Assembly (NCBI GenBank): GCA_026014875.1
Contig: JAOZHO010000037.1
Coordinates: forward strand, 359,819 to 423,818
DNA: 64,000 nt
Source of the DNA: Candidatus Bathyarchaeota archaeon
GTDB taxonomy: Archaea; Thermoproteota; Bathyarchaeia; TCS64
Reading direction: 5' to 3'
Position 1 is the first letter of the stretch, and each line of letters starts with the position of its first letter. The position numbers were made by a program, and so were the translations under genes. Shown piece after piece: positions 9,664 through 18,559 of this stretch. The notes under the pieces were generated by a model that ran no database searches, was not told the origin of the DNA, and saw nothing but the letters and a program-made list of their open reading frames with translations.

Positions 9664-10077
9664 CTAAAGAGTCCGCAGCACTATCACCGTGTTGGTCTTG
9701 ACGACCCCATCCAGTTTCCTGATCTCCTCGATGGTCTGGTTGAGCCCCTCGATGTCGCGCTGGGAGACCACGCAGACGATGTCGTACTCCCCCGTCACCT
9801 CGTAGATGCTCTCGATCCCCGAGAGAGCCTCCATCTTCTTGGAGAGGGTGTAGGTAGGAGTGGAAGGGTCCACCGAGATCATGGTCAGGGACCTCACCCT
9901 GATAGAGGGGGCCACCTCGACGGTGAACTTCCTGATCGCGCCCGAGTTGACTAGAGCCTGAACCCTATTCCTCACCGCCCCCTCAGACAACCCCACGATG
10001 CTCCCTATCTCGACGTAGGTATTCCGGGAGTTCTCCATGAGGGTTTTGATGATTTTCTCGTCGATCTCGTCGACCAT
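9664..10077 (-). CDS. Lrp/AsnC family transcriptional regulator (full length: HTH + RAM domain)
   Basis: N-terminal HTH (DEKIIKTLMENSRNTYVEIGSIVGLSEGAVRNRV) and C-terminal RAM domain; lies just downstream of ilvC. Confidence 0.85.
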   Translation of the reverse strand: MVDEIDEKIIKTLMENSRNTYVEIGSIVGLSEGAVRNRVQALVNSGAIRKFTVEVAPSIRVRSLTMISVDPSTPTYTLSKKMEALSGIESIYEVTGEYDIVCVVSQRDIEGLNQTIEEIRKLDGVVKTNTVIVLRTL

Positions 10078-10366
10078 GTTACATTTTATTCGTTTTTTAA
10101 CTTAAAAAAAGGGATGGGTCGGTCCCGAAATCATCATTTTCGTGTCGTCGAATGAAAAACGAGGGTATGTACCCTACTTGAACCCGCGTCCCGCACGCAG
10201 ACCCAGCTCTCAGCAGGCCTCCTTCGTCTTCCTGCAGGTCTTGTAGTCGACGAACTCCCAGAGAAGGCTCCCGATCTGATCCCCCATCGTGGCTCGTCGC
10301 CCCCCACCTCCGAGCCGTAGCCTGCCTTCAGGCTCATTTCACAGGGCTCCGCCACGTCGAGACGGC

Positions 10367-10390
10367 GGCTGCGCGTGTGAAAAGGGGCGT
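10367..10390 (-). terminator. hairpin followed by T-tract just after the ilvC stop
   Basis: AAAGGGG-CGTT-CCCCTTT inverted repeat at 10371..10388; on the minus strand it is followed by TTTT. Terminator-like. Confidence 0.35.
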
Positions 10391-10396
10391 TCCCCT

Positions 10397-11392
10397 TTAT
10401 TTCTCGAGGCCCGACATCTGCCGGACCTTTTTGCCGACCTTCTCGATCTCCAGGCTCTCGCACTCCAGCATCAGCCTGTCGAACTCCTCGAGCCCCGACT
10501 CGGCCTCCTCTATCCACTGCCGGGCGAAGCTCCCGTCCTGGACGGCGTAGAGGGCCTTCCTCATGTTGTCCTCGACGTGGTCGTCTATGATCATGGGGCC
10601 GATGGCCATCCCGCCATACTTGGCGGTGTCCGAGACCGCCCGGTACATGCCGCTGATCCCGGACTTGTAGATGAGGTCCACGATGAGCTTCAGCTCGTTG
10701 AGCACCTCGAAGTAGGCGAGCTCCGGCGGGTACCCGGCCTCGGTGAGGACCTTGAAGCCCCTGCGGATGAGCTGGTCGACCCCCCCGCAGAGCACCGCCT
10801 GCTCCCCGAAGAGGTCGCTCTCGGTCTCATCCTTGAAGGTGGTCTCGATGATCCCCGCCCTACCGGAGCCCAGAGCCTTCGCGACGGCCAAGGCCTTATA
10901 CTTGGCCTGGCCCGTGGCGTCCTGGGCCACGGCGATGAGCGCCGGGACACCGAAGCCCTGCTCGTACTGGCGGCGCATCTCGGAGCCGGGGGCCTTGGGA
11001 GCGACCATGATGATGTCGACCCCCTCCGTGGGCTTGATCTGCCCGAAGTGGATGTTGAAGCCGTGGGCGAACTGCAGCGCCTTCCCCGGCTTCATCGCGA
11101 GGGCGATCTCCTCGGCGTAGACCGTGGGCTGGGCCATGTCGGGGATGAGCATCAGGACGACATCGGCCTCGTTGGCCGCGTCGATGACCGTTTTCACCGT
11201 CATGCCGTCCGCCTCCGCCTTCTCCCATGACTTCCCGGGCCTGAGGCCGACGACGACGTCGACCCCCGACTCCTTCATGTTGAGAGCCTGGGCCCGTCCC
11301 TGGTTGCCGTATCCGATGACGGCGACAGTCTTCCCTTCCAGGATCTTATCGTCTATGTCCTTGTCGTGGTATACATTGACCATTTTATTCAC
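10397..11392 (-). CDS. ilvC: ketol-acid reductoisomerase
   Basis: Full-length match to class I KARI (GYGNQGRAQALN NAD(P)-binding motif; 331 aa). Confidence 0.95.
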   Translation of the reverse strand: MNKMVNVYHDKDIDDKILEGKTVAVIGYGNQGRAQALNMKESGVDVVVGLRPGKSWEKAEADGMTVKTVIDAANEADVVLMLIPDMAQPTVYAEEIALAMKPGKALQFAHGFNIHFGQIKPTEGVDIIMVAPKAPGSEMRRQYEQGFGVPALIAVAQDATGQAKYKALAVAKALGSGRAGIIETTFKDETESDLFGEQAVLCGGVDQLIRRGFKVLTEAGYPPELAYFEVLNELKLIVDLIYKSGISGMYRAVSDTAKYGGMAIGPMIIDDHVEDNMRKALYAVQDGSFARQWIEEAESGLEEFDRLMLECESLEIEKVGKKVRQMSGLEK

Positions 11393-11889
11393 CTTTCCAG
11401 CTTCAGATTTCCCTTCTCGAGGGCGGTGACTCCCGTCCTGGAGATTTCTTCTATCCCTATCGGCCTAGTTTTGGATATGAACTCGTCGATCGCCTCGGGC
11501 TCCCCGGTGACCTCGGCTATGAGGGATTCGGGGTCGATGTGGAGTATCAGCCCGTGGTAGGCGTTCACGTGCCTGAGTGTCTCCTCCCGGGCCATGGGGT
11601 CCACGGTGTCCAGCTTGATGAGGACCATCTCCCGCATGATGCTCCGCATCGGGTCCAGCCGCTTCACCTTGATCACGTCCACCATCTTCTCGAGCTGGAG
11701 GACGATCTGGTTCAGCTCCTTGCTGTCCGCGTAGACGGAGACTGTCATCCGGGCCACCTGAGGGTCCTCGACGGCCCCCACCGAGATGCTCTCGATGTTG
11801 AAGCCGCGGCGCCGGAACATGTTGGAGACGTTGAAGAGGACCCCGGCCTTGTTCTCCACGAGGAACGCTATGGTGTTCAGCGGCAGCAT
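11389..11889 (-). CDS. ilvN: acetolactate synthase small (regulatory) subunit
   Basis: ACT domain (LVENKAGVLFNVSNMFRRRGFNIESI). Real start is ATG 11889 (MLPLNTIAFL), 2 nt after the ilvB stop; the track's longer ORF is an extension overlapping ilvB. Confidence 0.85.
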   Translation of the reverse strand: MLPLNTIAFLVENKAGVLFNVSNMFRRRGFNIESISVGAVEDPQVARMTVSVYADSKELNQIVLQLEKMVDVIKVKRLDPMRSIMREMVLIKLDTVDPMAREETLRHVNAYHGLILHIDPESLIAEVTGEPEAIDEFISKTRPIGIEEISRTGVTALEKGNLKLER

Positions 11890-11891
11890 CT

Positions 11892-13580
11892 CTAGGCCTC
11901 CACCATCAGGTCCCTGAGCCCCTTCCCCGGGGGCACCATGGGAAACACGTTCTCCTCGGGGTCGATGGGCACGTCGATCACGGTGGTCAGGTTGTCGTCC
12001 ATGGCGGTCTGGACCGCCTTCTCGAACTCCCCGATGGTCTCCGGGCGAACCCCCACGGCTCCGTAGGCCTCCGCGAGCTTCACAAAGTCGGGGTACTCCC
12101 CCAGCTTGACGGCCATGTAGCGGCGCCCGTAGAAGAATCTCTGCCACTGGGCCACCATGCCCAGCATCCTGTTGTTGAGGACCACCACGATGACGGGGAG
12201 ATTCTCCTCGACGGCGGTCGCGAGGCTGTTCTCGGTCATCGCAAAGCTTCCGTCTCCCGCGATGTCCACGACGGGCACGTCGGGCCTAGCGGCCTTTGCG
12301 CCGATCGCGGCGGGGAAGCCCCAGCCCATGGTGCCGAGGCCGCCGGAGGTGAAGAATGTCCGGGGGGCGTAGGCGTCGAAGTAGAGGGCGGCCCACATCT
12401 GGTTTTGGCCTACCTCGGTGGTGACGAGGGCGTTCCGGGGGAGCACCTTCCTCAGGGCCTTCATGATGGCGGGGGCCCTCATGTGGGGGTTGTTGGGGCG
12501 CTCGGGGGGAGTGTACTGCTTCTTGAACTTGTTCATCTTCTTGATCCAGTCACCGTTGGCCCGGGGCTCGTAGCTCAATTTAGCTAGGCGCTCGATGATG
12601 CCCTGGAGGGCGAGCTTGGCGTCCCCGATGACCCGGGTCACCGTCTCGACGTTCTTGTCCACCTCGCTCCTGTCGATATCGATGTGGATGACCTTGGCGC
12701 CCCGGCCGAAATCCTCGAGGCGGGCCGTGGTCCGGTCCGAGAAACGGGCCCCCACCACAAGGAGGATGTCCGCGTCGGAGACCAAGAGATTGGCCTCACC
12801 TGTGCCGTGCATCCCGCAGAGCCCCGCGAAGAGAGGGTGGTCGCTGGGGACCGTTCCCTTCCCCATGAGGCTCGTGACCACGGGGGCCATGAGCATGTCC
12901 GCTATCTTGATGACCTCGGCCGAGGCGTTGGAGGAGATGACCCCTCCCCCCGCCATGATGACGGGCCTCCGGGCCTTGGAGAGAAGCGTCGCCGCCCAGT
13001 CCATCTCCCGGGGGTTCGGCTCCAAGTTCACTTTGTAGCCCCTGAAGCTCACCTCGTCTGGGAACTCGATGTCCTCGACGTCGATCTGGCAGTCCTTCGG
13101 GATGTCCACCAAGACGGCTCCCTGCCTCCCCGTGGAGGCGATGTGGAACGCCGATTTGATGGCCAGCGGGATCTCCGAAGGGCTCCTCACCTGGATGTTG
13201 TACTTGGTGGCGGAGGCGCTGATACCGATGATATCCACCTCCTGGAACGCGTCGGTCCCCACCAGGCTCAGCGGCACCTGACCGGTGAAAGCGACCACGG
13301 GAGAGGAGTCGATGTTCGCCGTCGCGATGCCCGTGACGAGGTTCGTCGCCCCGGGGCCCGAGGTCGCGAGACAGACCCCGACCCGTCCAAGGGCCCTAGC
13401 GTAGCCGTCGGCCATGTGGGCCGCGCCCTGCTCGTGACGGGCCATCACGAACCTGAGGTCGCTCCCCCAAAGCTCGTCACAGATTGGGAGCAGCGCACCC
13501 CCGGTGACGCCGAACATTATGTCGACGTTCTCACGTTTGAGGCCCTCGACGAAAGCCTTTGACCCAGACATTTCAACCAT
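11892..13580 (-). CDS. ilvB: acetolactate synthase large subunit (TPP-dependent)
   Basis: TPP-enzyme motifs throughout. Preferred start is ATG 13580 (MVEMSGSK) preceded by GGGAGG at a 7-nt spacing; the track start at 13595 is an upstream TTG. Confidence 0.9.
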   Translation of the reverse strand: MVEMSGSKAFVEGLKRENVDIMFGVTGGALLPICDELWGSDLRFVMARHEQGAAHMADGYARALGRVGVCLATSGPGATNLVTGIATANIDSSPVVAFTGQVPLSLVGTDAFQEVDIIGISASATKYNIQVRSPSEIPLAIKSAFHIASTGRQGAVLVDIPKDCQIDVEDIEFPDEVSFRGYKVNLEPNPREMDWAATLLSKARRPVIMAGGGVISSNASAEVIKIADMLMAPVVTSLMGKGTVPSDHPLFAGLCGMHGTGEANLLVSDADILLVVGARFSDRTTARLEDFGRGAKVIHIDIDRSEVDKNVETVTRVIGDAKLALQGIIERLAKLSYEPRANGDWIKKMNKFKKQYTPPERPNNPHMRAPAIMKALRKVLPRNALVTTEVGQNQMWAALYFDAYAPRTFFTSGGLGTMGWGFPAAIGAKAARPDVPVVDIAGDGSFAMTENSLATAVEENLPVIVVVLNNRMLGMVAQWQRFFYGRRYMAVKLGEYPDFVKLAEAYGAVGVRPETIGEFEKAVQTAMDDNLTTVIDVPIDPEENVFPMVPPGKGLRDLMVEA

Positions 13581-13687
13581 TGTGATTCCTCCCAACTGCG
13601 ACCCTAGAAATGACTGGCGTCCCCGTCTCGTTCTCTAAAAGTTTCACGCACGGCGCCCGAAGACGTTCTGCGTAGGTTCTCTGTGGT

Positions 13688-13767
13688 TTAGCCTTGCGGC
13701 TAAATAAAACGATACCCCATTTACAACTCCCCCAGCGCTGGGGGATGGACAAAGCGATTCCCCATTT
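13688..13767. promoter_or_regulatory. structured ilvB upstream region: perfect 16-bp palindrome flanked by 13-nt direct repeats, plus a second hairpin
   Basis: CCCCCAGCGCTGGGGG at 13729..13744 is flanked by CGATACCCCATTT (13710..13722) and CGATTCCCCATTT (13755..13767). Hairpin TTTAGCC-TTGC-GGCTAAA at 13688..13705. Lies between the upstream gene's end and the ilvB start. Confidence 0.35.
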
Positions 13768-13843
13768 CAATTTCTCCGATAAGCTAGTAGATAGGGGAGA
13801 TGGGCGCTGGGAATAAAAAGCTTACTGAGCCTCCCCGCAGACA

Positions 13844-14101
13844 CTAGCCGAGCCTGTAGACGATGTCCCCCTGCCGGACCCTGTCGTCCACCTTCATCCC
13901 GATGTCGTCCCCGGCCCCCGCCTCCTCGATGTCCGTCCCCTCGATCTGCATCGAGGCGACCTTCATCTCGTAGTTAGTGGTCATCCCCTTGATCGCGATG
14001 CTGTCCCCGACCTTGAGGGGGCCGGAGAGGTCCACCACGGCGACGCCGATTCGGGTGAAGTAGTGGGTGATCTCCCCCACTTTCTCTAAACTTTTCGACA
14101 T
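13844..14101 (-). CDS. small EF-Tu domain-2-like beta-barrel protein
   Basis: 85 aa; VGDSIAIKG ... GDDIGMKV ... GDIV pattern resembles translation-factor domain 2 (GTP_EFTU_D2) without a GTPase domain. Confidence 0.5.
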   Translation of the reverse strand: MSKSLEKVGEITHYFTRIGVAVVDLSGPLKVGDSIAIKGMTTNYEMKVASMQIEGTDIEEAGAGDDIGMKVDDRVRQGDIVYRLG

Positions 14102-14198
14102 GATTAAATCTTACAGCGCAGCCCCTAAAAGACTTTCCAGATCCCCGCCCCATCTCAAGATTTAAGCATCGCCGGCATCATGATAGACAGCGTTCAAA

Positions 14199-15416
14199 AT
14201 GAGCCATTTCACGCATCTGGAATGTTCGAAGTGCGGTCACAAGCATGACGGCGACAAGATTCAGACGGTCTGCACCGAGTGCGGTAAGCCCCTCTTCGCG
14301 AGATACGACCTCGAGTCCGTCAAAGACGCCGTCTCCCCCAAGGATTTCGTGGGGAGGGAGGCGTCGATGTGGAGGTACTGGGAATTCCTCCCGGTGAAGG
14401 ACGAGGCAAACAAGGTCAGCCTCGGCGAGGGCTGGACGCCCCTCATCCAAGTGGAGAGGCTGGGGAAGTCCATCGGGCTCCCGGACCTCTGGATCAAAGA
14501 CGAGGGGATCATCCCCACGGGCACGTTCAAGGCCCGGGGCCTCGCGATGGCGGTCTCCAAGGCCAAGGAGTTGGGCATCGAGAAGCTCGCCCTACCCTCC
14601 GCGGGGAACGCCGCCGGCTCGATGACGGCCTACGGGGCCAGGGCGGGGATGGAGAGCTACGTCTTCATGCCCATGGACGCCCCCGACGTCAACAAGATCG
14701 AGTGCCAAGTCGTGGGGGCCAAGGTATTCCTGGTGAACGGCCTCATCACCGACGCCGGTAAGATGGTGGCCGACGGGGTCCCCGAGATGGGGTGGTTCCC
14801 CCTCTCCACGCTGAAGGAGCCCTACAGGGTCGAGGGGAAGAAGACCATGGGCATCGAGGTGGCTGAGCAGTCCGGCTGGAGCCTCCCCGATGTCATCGTC
14901 TACCCCACGGGCGGGGGCACAGGCATCATCGGCATGTGGAAGGTCTTCGACGAACTCGAGGAGCTGGGCTGGATCGGGAGCGAGCGCCCCCGGATGGTCT
15001 CAGTGCAGGCCTCCGGCTGCGCCCCCATACCCAAGGCCTACGACGAGGGAAAGGAGGAGTCAGAGTTCTGGCAGGGCGCGGAGACCCTGGCAGCCGGTCT
15101 CCGAGTCCCCCACGCCCTGGGCGACTTCCTGGTCCTCAACGCCGCGAGGGAGAGCGGAGGCTCAGCCTTGGCGGTGACCGACGAGGAGATCATGGACTGT
15201 GTGGGACAGATCGCCAGGGAGGAGGGGCTCTTCATCTGCCCCGAGGGAGCCGCTACTTTTGCCGCCCTCAAACACCTGATCGGCGACGGCAAAGTGGACA
15301 AGGACGAGAAAGTGGTGCTCTTCAACACGGGCTCAGGACTCAAGTACACCGCTCTCTTCGAGGTCAAGGCCCCCGTCTTCGAAGTGGGAGAAAAGATTGA
15401 CTACAAGAGCCTCTAG
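14199..15416 (+). CDS. thrC: threonine synthase (archaeal type with N-terminal zinc ribbon)
   Basis: N-terminal CSKCGH...CTECG ribbon and PLP fold with the lysine in TGTFKARG. Confidence 0.9.
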   Translation: MSHFTHLECSKCGHKHDGDKIQTVCTECGKPLFARYDLESVKDAVSPKDFVGREASMWRYWEFLPVKDEANKVSLGEGWTPLIQVERLGKSIGLPDLWIKDEGIIPTGTFKARGLAMAVSKAKELGIEKLALPSAGNAAGSMTAYGARAGMESYVFMPMDAPDVNKIECQVVGAKVFLVNGLITDAGKMVADGVPEMGWFPLSTLKEPYRVEGKKTMGIEVAEQSGWSLPDVIVYPTGGGTGIIGMWKVFDELEELGWIGSERPRMVSVQASGCAPIPKAYDEGKEESEFWQGAETLAAGLRVPHALGDFLVLNAARESGGSALAVTDEEIMDCVGQIAREEGLFICPEGAATFAALKHLIGDGKVDKDEKVVLFNTGSGLKYTALFEVKAPVFEVGEKIDYKSL

Positions 15417-15492
15417 GGGCTCCCCGCTCTTTTTTTATCCCCCGGCCTACCTTTATCTGAACCCTAGCTGAATCCCAGGCGTCCATGGGTCT

Positions 15493-16305
15493 TTGAGGGA
15501 GAAGAGAATGAAGGATGATAATCACGTTTCGAGTCAGCATCCCCGGGCAGAGTCGATCCGGATCAGGGAGAGGCTCACCAAGCATGTCGAGACCAAGGTC
15601 TTGGCCCTTGCAGGCCTCATCGCCCACGGGAGGGGCGAGGCATTCGACTACATCCTCGGGGAGGAGACGACGCCGTCGGCCAAGGAGGCCATCACGGCCG
15701 CCGCGGCTACACTTCTCCTAGCGGAGCGCCCTGTCCTCTCGGTGAACGGGAACGTGGCAGCCCTGTGCGCCGAGGAGTTCGTCGAGCTCTCCAAGGCGAC
15801 GGGGGCCAAGCTGGAGGTGAACCTCTTCCATAGGCTCCCCGGGAGGGAGGGGGCCATCGAGGCGGTGCTCAGGGAGGCCGGGGCGGAGGAGGTCCTGGGC
15901 GTGGATGGGTCGGCCACCGCTAGGATCGACGAGGTCTTCAGCGACAGGCGGACGGTGGACCCCCGGGGAATATTCGTCGCCGACGCGGTGTTCATCCCCC
16001 TGGAGGACGGGGACAGGACCGAGGGGCTGGTCAGGATGGGGAAGAAGGTGGTGACGGTGGACCTGAACCCGATGTCCAGGACCGCCCAGTTCGCAGACGT
16101 GACCATCGTCGACAACGTAGTGAGGGCGATGCCCCTCCTGGTCTCCGAGGCTGAGAAGTTGAAAAATGAGAGCCCCGAGGCTTTGAAGGAGGTCGTGAAT
16201 TCTTACAGCAACAGGGAGGCCCTCTCGGAAGCTATGAAGACCATGCTCGAGAGGCTCGGGGAACTCTCGGAGACGGGAGTATATGTGGAACCGTCCGAGG
16301 GCTGA
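15493..16305 (+). CDS. 4-phosphopantoate--beta-alanine ligase (phosphopantothenate synthetase, archaeal CoA pathway; COG1701/DUF137)
   Basis: Family match (VLALAGLIAHGRGEAFDY ... VNGNVAALCAEEF ... VTVDLNPMSRT). Likely start at second ATG 15508 behind GGGAGAAGAGA. Lies next to panB and pantoate kinase. Confidence 0.7.
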   Translation: MREKRMKDDNHVSSQHPRAESIRIRERLTKHVETKVLALAGLIAHGRGEAFDYILGEETTPSAKEAITAAAATLLLAERPVLSVNGNVAALCAEEFVELSKATGAKLEVNLFHRLPGREGAIEAVLREAGAEEVLGVDGSATARIDEVFSDRRTVDPRGIFVADAVFIPLEDGDRTEGLVRMGKKVVTVDLNPMSRTAQFADVTIVDNVVRAMPLLVSEAEKLKNESPEALKEVVNSYSNREALSEAMKTMLERLGELSETGVYVEPSEG

Positions 16306-16380
16306 GGGGCATGCCGCGCGAAGGTCATTGCGCAGCGTGTTGGCACACCGTTGCGGGTTCATGTTCACGGAGGTAGAGAG

Positions 16381-17148
16381 ATGAATGTTGATGACGTGAG
16401 ACGCCTCAAAGGCGTCAGAAAGATCACCGTCCTGACGGCTTACGACTATCAGACCGCCAAGATAATCGACGCAGCGGGCATCGACATGATCCTGGTGGGA
16501 GACAGCCTCGGCATGGTGGTCCTCGGGTACGAGGACACCAAGCAGGTGACGATGGAGGACATGATCAGGCATACCCAAGCCGTCGCCAGAGGCGTCAGGT
16601 CGGCCATCGTCGTAGGGGACCTGCCCATCCACAGCTACGTCACCGTGGAGGATGCCCTCGCCAACGCTGGACGGCTCAGGGAGGCGGGCGCCCACGCCGT
16701 CAAGCTCGAGGGGAACAAGCCCGACATCGTGAAAGCCCTCATCGAGGGGGGCATCCCCGTGCAGGGGCACCTCGGGCTGCTCCCTCAGACAGCCCAGAGC
16801 ATGAAGGTGAGGGGGAAGAGGAGGAGCGAGGCCGAGCTAATCCTGGCCGACGCGAGGGAGTTGGACGCCCTCGGGGTGTTCTCCCTCGTGCTGGAGTGCA
16901 TCCCCATGGATCTTGCGAGGCGGACCACCGAGGCCGTGGAGACGCCCACCATAGGCATCGGGGCGGGAGTCCACTGCGACGGCCAAGTCCTCGTGGTGAA
17001 TGACATGATCGGGATGGATGATGGCTACTGCCCCAGGCACGCGAATGTCTATCTCAACCTCAACGACCTGATCGGGAAGGCCGTAAAGAGCTATATCGAG
17101 GACGTGAAGGCGGAGAGGTTCCCAGAGGACAGGCACTCGATCCACTGA
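16381..17148 (+). CDS. panB: 3-methyl-2-oxobutanoate hydroxymethyltransferase (ketopantoate hydroxymethyltransferase)
   Basis: VLTAYDYQTAKIIDAAGIDMILVGDSLGMVVLGYEDT matches PanB. Start ATG 16381 preceded by GGAGG; the track start at 16351 is an upstream extension. Confidence 0.9.
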   Translation: MNVDDVRRLKGVRKITVLTAYDYQTAKIIDAAGIDMILVGDSLGMVVLGYEDTKQVTMEDMIRHTQAVARGVRSAIVVGDLPIHSYVTVEDALANAGRLREAGAHAVKLEGNKPDIVKALIEGGIPVQGHLGLLPQTAQSMKVRGKRRSEAELILADARELDALGVFSLVLECIPMDLARRTTEAVETPTIGIGAGVHCDGQVLVVNDMIGMDDGYCPRHANVYLNLNDLIGKAVKSYIEDVKAERFPEDRHSIH

Positions 17149-17197
17149 CGCAGCGCAACCCTTATCACGGAAATCCGGGGGCACATGATCGATCGAG

Positions 17198-18103
17198 TTG
17201 AAGGAAGCCTCAGCCTTCGCCCCCGGACACATCACTGGATTCTTCCAGATCTGCGACGAACCGGAAGACCCCCTACATAAGGGCTCCCGGGGCGCAGGGT
17301 TCTCCATAAGCATAGGAATCCAGACGAAGGTTCGGGTGGAGCCCGCGGAGAGAGACATCATCAGCGTCGTCATGAACGGCAGAGTCACCGGGAAGGCGGT
17401 CGTCTCTGAGAACGTGGTCAGACGGATGCTCGCGATGGCGGAGAAGCCTCAGAGGGTCGAGGTGACCCACGAGATCGAGACCCCGATAGGGGCGGGGTAC
17501 GGCTCCAGCGGGGGCGGCGCTTTGACCATCGCGCTGGCGATGAACGATGCCCTGGGGCTGGGCCTTTCATATGTGGACGCCTCGAAGGTCGCCCATCTCG
17601 CCGAGATAGAGTGCAAGACGGGGCTGGGGACCGTGTTCGCAGCAACGCAAGGGGGATTCGGAGTCCTGTACAAACCCGGGGCTCCGGGGATAGGGGAGGC
17701 CATAAAGTACGACAGGAGCGAAGAGCTGACAGCCTTCTGCGTCCATTTCGGGCCCATCTCCACGAGCGAGGCTCTCTCCGACCCGGATCTCCGTCGTAGG
17801 ATTAATGACCTAGGCGGGAATTTCGTCGATGAGATCAGGGGAAATCTGGGCCCCTCCCGGTTCATGGAGCTCTCCAGGGAGTTCACCGACTACGTGGGCA
17901 TCACGACGCCCCGGCTCAAGGTCGTCCTCGACGCCGCGGATAAAGCGGGGGTGCCATGCTCCATGGCCATGTTCGGCGAGGCCCTCTTCTCACTGGTGGA
18001 GAAAGACGAGGCGGGGAGGGTCGCAGAGTTCTATCGTAGAGCAGTCCCCGGCCAGAATTTCAGAGCTTTGTCTATCGATGAACGCGGTGCCCATCTACTC
18101 TAG
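17198..18103 (+). CDS. pantoate kinase (GHMP-kinase family, archaeal CoA pathway, COG1829)
   Basis: GHMP motif PIGAGYGSSGGGA; size and context (next to PPS and panB) fit archaeal pantoate kinase. Confidence 0.7.
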   Translation: MKEASAFAPGHITGFFQICDEPEDPLHKGSRGAGFSISIGIQTKVRVEPAERDIISVVMNGRVTGKAVVSENVVRRMLAMAEKPQRVEVTHEIETPIGAGYGSSGGGALTIALAMNDALGLGLSYVDASKVAHLAEIECKTGLGTVFAATQGGFGVLYKPGAPGIGEAIKYDRSEELTAFCVHFGPISTSEALSDPDLRRRINDLGGNFVDEIRGNLGPSRFMELSREFTDYVGITTPRLKVVLDAADKAGVPCSMAMFGEALFSLVEKDEAGRVAEFYRRAVPGQNFRALSIDERGAHLL

Positions 18104-18137
18104 AAGCCGGTGTCAGCTCTCAAGCATCGGTGAGGGC

Positions 18138-18422
18138 TCAGATGATCTGGGGGAGGAAAACCTCGGCTATGTTGTGGGGCATCTTCTGGGGTTTCACCAC
18201 ATTCTTTCCCATGGCGAGGAAGTTGCCGTAGGCCTCCGTCTCGAAGATGCCCACGTAGTTCCACTTCTCGTTCATGGAGCCGTAGAGGCCCTTGTACTCG
18301 ACGCCAGTCTTTTCGCAGGCCTCCTTTATCTTGGTCTCCCACTCTTTGAGCTCCTTGGAGTTGCCCACCCAGTCGAAGTAGAGCAGTATCATCATTTCAG
18401 ATACCTTTCCCCATGCCAACAT
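18138..18422 (-). CDS. hypothetical small protein
   Basis: 94-aa ORF with moderately lower GC, no recognisable motif; real start possibly at the internal MM (MMILLYFDW). Confidence 0.4.
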   Translation of the reverse strand: MLAWGKVSEMMILLYFDWVGNSKELKEWETKIKEACEKTGVEYKGLYGSMNEKWNYVGIFETEAYGNFLAMGKNVVKPQKMPHNIAEVFLPQII

Positions 18423-18559
18423 AAGTCAAAGATATAATGCTTTCGATCTTGGGCTAGATTCAGCGTCTCGGGTCGGAATGAAGGGGTTTGAGGACGTGGG
18501 CTCCTATATTCATGCTTAGAAGCAAGGCTACAGAGGAGGTGCCTCCCGGGGTCACCCTT

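Noticed and set aside
10134-10517. 127-aa ORF and other small ORFs in the ilvC-asnC intergenic region
   Set aside because: Arg/Gly-rich composition and overlap with the ilvC 3' end; no family signature. The region is better explained by the ilvC terminator hairpin and the asnC promoter.
11890-12147. Upstream extension of the ilvN ORF (track 11389..12147)
   Set aside because: It overlaps the 3' end of ilvB in another frame with a junk translation. The conserved IlvN N-terminus begins at ATG 11889.
13710-13767. Possible CRISPR-like repeats (two 13-nt direct repeats near ilvB)
   Set aside because: Only two short copies around a palindrome, with no spacer array and no cas genes. Interpreted as a regulatory site.
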